DNA of 63,988 nucleotides, counting the filler, from Asterionella formosa (taxonomy: Eukaryota): NCBI GenBank assembly GCA_002256025.1. It is 5 parts of 5 records of this genome, joined end to end, with 100 filler letters (N's around TTAATTAATTAA, not from the genome) between each part and the next. Parts side by side here need not be neighbours in the genome. Positions count along the whole stretch, not along the records: positions 51,705 to 63,988 come from NKIB01007661.1; 4 more parts are not named here. One strand, given 5' to 3'. A model generated the notes under the pieces. It was given only the letters and a program-made list of their open reading frames with translations. It had not been told where the DNA came from and searched no databases. Of the stretch, positions 60,110 to 63,988 are shown in pieces (the stretch's first letter is position 1; each line of letters opens with the position of its first letter). The position numbers and the translations under genes were made by a program.

Positions 60110-61888
60110 CTAGTCTACTTTTTTCATCAGATCAATAACTTCTTTCCCTTCCGGAACATTTTGAAGCATGTTCTCCACTACTGTCCGATCAACATGTACC
60201 ATGGCACCTTCACAATCATTAATCCCATATGCTAAAATAACATGATTGTCTCCATTGTCATCCACTTCTAATCCACTTGCAAATTGAATAATATCAGCAT
60301 CCATTTGGTTTGACTTGGATGGTAGTACAAATTCCCTTGACAAACGTTTAAGTACATGTGGTGTTGTGGCAGTAATAGTAAAAAAGGCATGAGTATAGTG
60401 ATGTCCAAAGCGGGCATAGTCATTCCTATCTCGACCAGGGGGACGATGGAAATGTCCAATACCCAACAACTCATTATCACCAAAGGGAACCATGAATGCA
60501 TTGGTTCCATGAAAATGAGATTTTCGGCTTTTTTCCAACATGAGTTGACGGTGTTGACTGATAATGTCATTGCTTGATGTAGATTGACCTATGGCAGTGT
60601 CTAATAGTATTTTTTGTTGTTGTTGTTGTTGTAGCCGTCGTCGTGCCTGCTTTTTGTCGTCCACATCCACAACGGTAACGGGGTCAACCCAAGTTAATGA
60701 TTGAAGTGCCCCAGTCTATATTAATAAAGAAACACAAAATGGAGTATTTAGTATACAAGAGAAACATTGAGTGATGCCGACGCACGTTGATAACTTGCTG
60801 AGTGTGTTTTTCAACAACAAGAAACTATGACTCACCGTGGATTGCATCAGTGCCATATTACGACCACAACAGAAAGTTGCCGTTTCACTAGACTTTACAA
60901 TTGCTTTCAACGTATTTCCGTTTACAAACTCCATATGTACTTGCATAATTACTTGTCTGTCATACCCAAAGATTTTACCTTCCCTAAAACTTACCCACAA
61001 TTGATGTTGGGGTCCGTTTATAAATAATCGAGCATCGTCCAATGCTCGTATTTGCAAAACACTCCCTTCATTAGCAGTACCATCAGTAGTTGTAGTAGAA
61101 TGCTTTTTTCGTCTACCCCATGATGATGAATTATTGTCATCATCGAACTGTAAATAAATGGTGGTCGAATGGAGAGTCCTACCGTGGCCATCCAATAATA
61201 GTAGCATTGTTCGTACAGTAAGTGGTTCTGATCGATTGGATATACCATACTGTAGTTTGTCATTGGGCGTATCATTCTTCCATGCACATTGAGAATTTGT
61301 AAAACAAAGGGTAGCAACATACTTGACGCCAATGTGTTGAAAGGATTCATAGAGTGGATGATTCTTCATGCGATCTAGTAGTAGTATGGATGGATTTGTT
61401 CCATCTGCAAAGGGCGGTTCGTCATGGCTAGGTTGCCATTCACTTTGGTCGACACAGAATTTGCCATTGTACTGTGATGACGAGGAGTCGTTCCTATCCT
61501 CATAATTTGTAGTGCTTCCGGTATTCTGTTGGAGTTGTAGTAAGATTGGTTTCTTGCCATAAATGTAATCAGCATCTCTGAGAAACTTTGGTTGCACTTT
61601 TTGGTCCAATCCATAATATCTCGTGGGTGGATATTCTCGAAAGAGACAGGAAGGATGATGTACCTCATGCCGCTGATGATGAGTAGGAATCTTTGACGAA
61701 GATTCATCTGATAACTCTTCACGTTTCATGATACTCCGCCGGTAGGAAAAGTTTGCAATAGCATACATAGCGACGGAAACAACAATGTACAGAAAATAGC
61801 CTCTAGTCGATGGCCCTGATGCTGCTGATGATGATGATAATCTGCCGCCTGGTAGCCTTTGCCGTTTCCGTCGAAGGAGAACGGTCAT
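60110..61888 (-). CDS. Type II membrane protein, probable beta-propeller glycosyltransferase/hydrolase-like
   Basis: N-terminal TM segment, NPSI, LDDARLF, GRNMA, IQFASGL, YGINDCEG. Intron 60835-60716 joins the ORFs in frame. Confidence 0.7.
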
Positions 61889-62209
61889 GGTCGACAAAGA
61901 ATAAATGACATATATATGGCTAGGCGGTTGCATTGTAGAGAAACCCGAGGTTCAGCCCTGCCTGCGTGTAAAAGGCCAAGTTATGTCAAGAATATATCTT
62001 CGGGTTCTTTCCGGCTCATTAGGCTGATTTCAGTCTCTCTTTGAGGCTCAATTTGAAAACCTTATTGTTACTTTCCTCTAACTTTAGATACACCGTTGGA
62101 TTGTCATTTTTCGCCTGATTAAAAGGACAACATGACAGATATCACTGCTATTACGGTAGTACTACTAAGTGATCATGCAATATTACCATATTGAGCGGCA
62201 TGCAAACGA

Positions 62210-63100
62210 TCACGAAAATAATTGACAAGAATGGGCGTTTTGTGGCTGATTTAGACCACAAGCAACAAACTGTGCGGCAATCTGATCAATCTTGAACTTG
62301 ATACAGAACTCATCCTCCAAAATCGACTCGAAAAAATCAGGTAACGGACAGCAATTGTCCCATGGGAAGATATTCTTGATTTCGGAAGGCTTCCAGGCAT
62401 GGTCAAGAACAGATTTATTGGAGACCCTGTCGTGCACATTGACCAACGCTTTGGCCTTTGTGTAGCATACAAACTGGCCAACTTAGCCAGAATAATTACC
62501 CTTCAATACAGAAACGAGATCAGCACTTGTCTCCAGAGAAAGGTCTTCATCTTCATTCCGAGCAGACAATGCATTGGGGGTTTGGGAGGCACTCATGATT
62601 GAATAACGTACACGAATCCAGACGAAATTAATGTCTACAAAATTGCGACATAAACAATAGTGAAGAATTTAAGGTGACAATGGATGTTAAAATGTTCATA
62701 CATATAGCTAATATATATATATATATATATTAAAAGAAATAACTAGTATTGCTGCTGTGTTGTATCACTTTCCTTGTCTATCCATTTGAAGTTGGCCCAA
62801 TCATGCATACCAAGAAAACCCCTGTCCCAAATAATTGGGATGAGCATGGAAAGTATTTCCATCTCGTTTGTGTTCACACCGCAGGACCTCAATCGACTTT
62901 TTGGTTATGAAGGGAAGCACTTCCTTTCCTAGAAATCGAATTAAATCAAGGTCAACTCCTGATGTCTTTATAGTCGCCGAATTGGAAGTGACAGACAAGG
63001 CAATAGCAAATTCACCATTATTTTCCTGTAACTTTAAGATAAAGCATGCACCACCTGTAGATGTGAAGAAGCAAGGTGCAATTTTCATGGTGAATTCCAT
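62210..63100 (-). pseudogene. Degenerate Plavaka/CACTA-like transposase C-terminal fragment
   Basis: EHKRDGNTFHAHPNYLGQGFSWY motif followed by disrupted frames. Confidence 0.4.
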
Positions 63101-63103
63101 GGA

Positions 63104-63988
63104 TGTTGTCCAAAGATTACAGGAAATGAAACCATTGGTGTAAGCAATGCTGCTTGTTGCGTGTTTGGTAATGGCTACAGACGCCGGAATCAAGCTTTGA
63201 AAGAAGGAGGAATACTCACATTGCATTTTAACATTTTTTCCTGACCTCTGATTGCTTTTCCTTGCGTTGTGCCTTTTACCACGTCAGCCCAGGTAAATCT
63301 TTGTAGCGGCTGTACGGTTTTAACTGTAGTACTGTTCTCTCTCGTGTCCACTATACCCTTCATGCCTGTCCTGTGGCAGTCAGCTCGCATTTTTCCAACA
63401 CGCTCCTCGGCTGTTGCCAGGGAACTGGCAGTCAGGGTATCGACGTGCGCAGCTCCTAGAAGCACATTTCGGAATGTTCTGAACAGGTTTCCTTGCAGTG
63501 GTTTCGTAAAAAAATCCCCCAACATTTCCAACGTTGGACAATGGCGAATGGTGATTCCTTCATCTACCGATCGATCCTTAATCCAGAAATAGCGGATGTT
63601 GATATGCCGAGACTTTGGCCCTGCCGAAATTCGTCCGTTCTTCTCGAGTCTAATTGCGCTCTCGTTGTCTTGTTCGAAGAAACTTTCTTGAATCTTGTAT
63701 CCCTGTGCTTCAAGAAACATTTTACCCACAGTGTGTTCGGGAGATAGTCGCTGGCACCCACAAATTCAGCCTCCGTCGAACTCTTTGTGTTCAATTTCTG
63801 CTTGGTCGACTTGCATATGATGCCTCCAGTTCCAAAAGACATCACGCCACCGGTGTGGCTCTTCATGTCAGGGTGCACGGCAAAAGCCGCATCCACCCAC
63901 GACCTCATCTTGCCCATGTCGTCGGCTCCAATGGTGTATTCCACATCCATACTTCCATTTATGTATTCCAACACCCGTCGTAGCTTTT
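63104..63988 (-). mobile_element. Ty1/copia (CoDi-type) RNase H region and probable 3' LTR
   Basis: VDAAFAVHPDMKSHTGG, KQKLNTKSSTEAE, QDNESAI, RHINIRYF, DFFTKPLQG, with one frameshift near 63730. GAGGAGCG|TGTTGG at 63400 and a candidate CAACA LTR end at 63104. Confidence 0.9.

Noticed and set aside
52376..61888. Glycan-modification gene cluster (sulfotransferase-like, glycosyltransferase-like, LRR)
   Set aside because: The genes are interspersed with unrelated housekeeping genes and their functions are too uncertain to support a cluster.

Overview
Eukaryotic nuclear DNA, most likely a diatom or other stramenopile (short GT-AG introns, CoDi-type Copia elements, TTAGGG tracts, diatom-style LRR and Ser/Thr/Pro-rich membrane proteins). 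The window is not contiguous. Four N-TTAATTAATTAA-N linkers join five length-sorted scaffolds of about 12.8 kb, so gene neighbourhoods hold only within a scaffold. Host genes include meiotic MSH4, an RlmN-type radical-SAM methyltransferase with a C-terminal membrane tail, eIF2B-epsilon, a BIG-type Sec7 ARF-GEF, a MYND-finger protein, AP-2 sigma, a secreted LRR protein, a sulfotransferase-like protein and several hypothetical proteins. One hypothetical protein carries an HNH/polymorphic-toxin-like Cys/His domain. Intergenic DNA is rich in decayed transposons. The main observations are: (1) a ~366-bp tRNA-derived, structured SINE with a 14/15-bp target-site duplication, inserted in a Kolobok-like transposon that has a DDE transposase and a P2X7-ballast/KolX-like ORF; (2) a TA-flanked TIR family, one copy of which carries a Crypton-like tyrosine-recombinase gene fragment; (3) a PIF/Harbinger element with a perfect 70-bp palindrome near its end; (4) strong intergenic enrichment of TACCGGTA/GGTACC motifs. 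No CRISPR array or RNA-guided nuclease was found. Family assignments come from motif recognition by eye, not from database searches.
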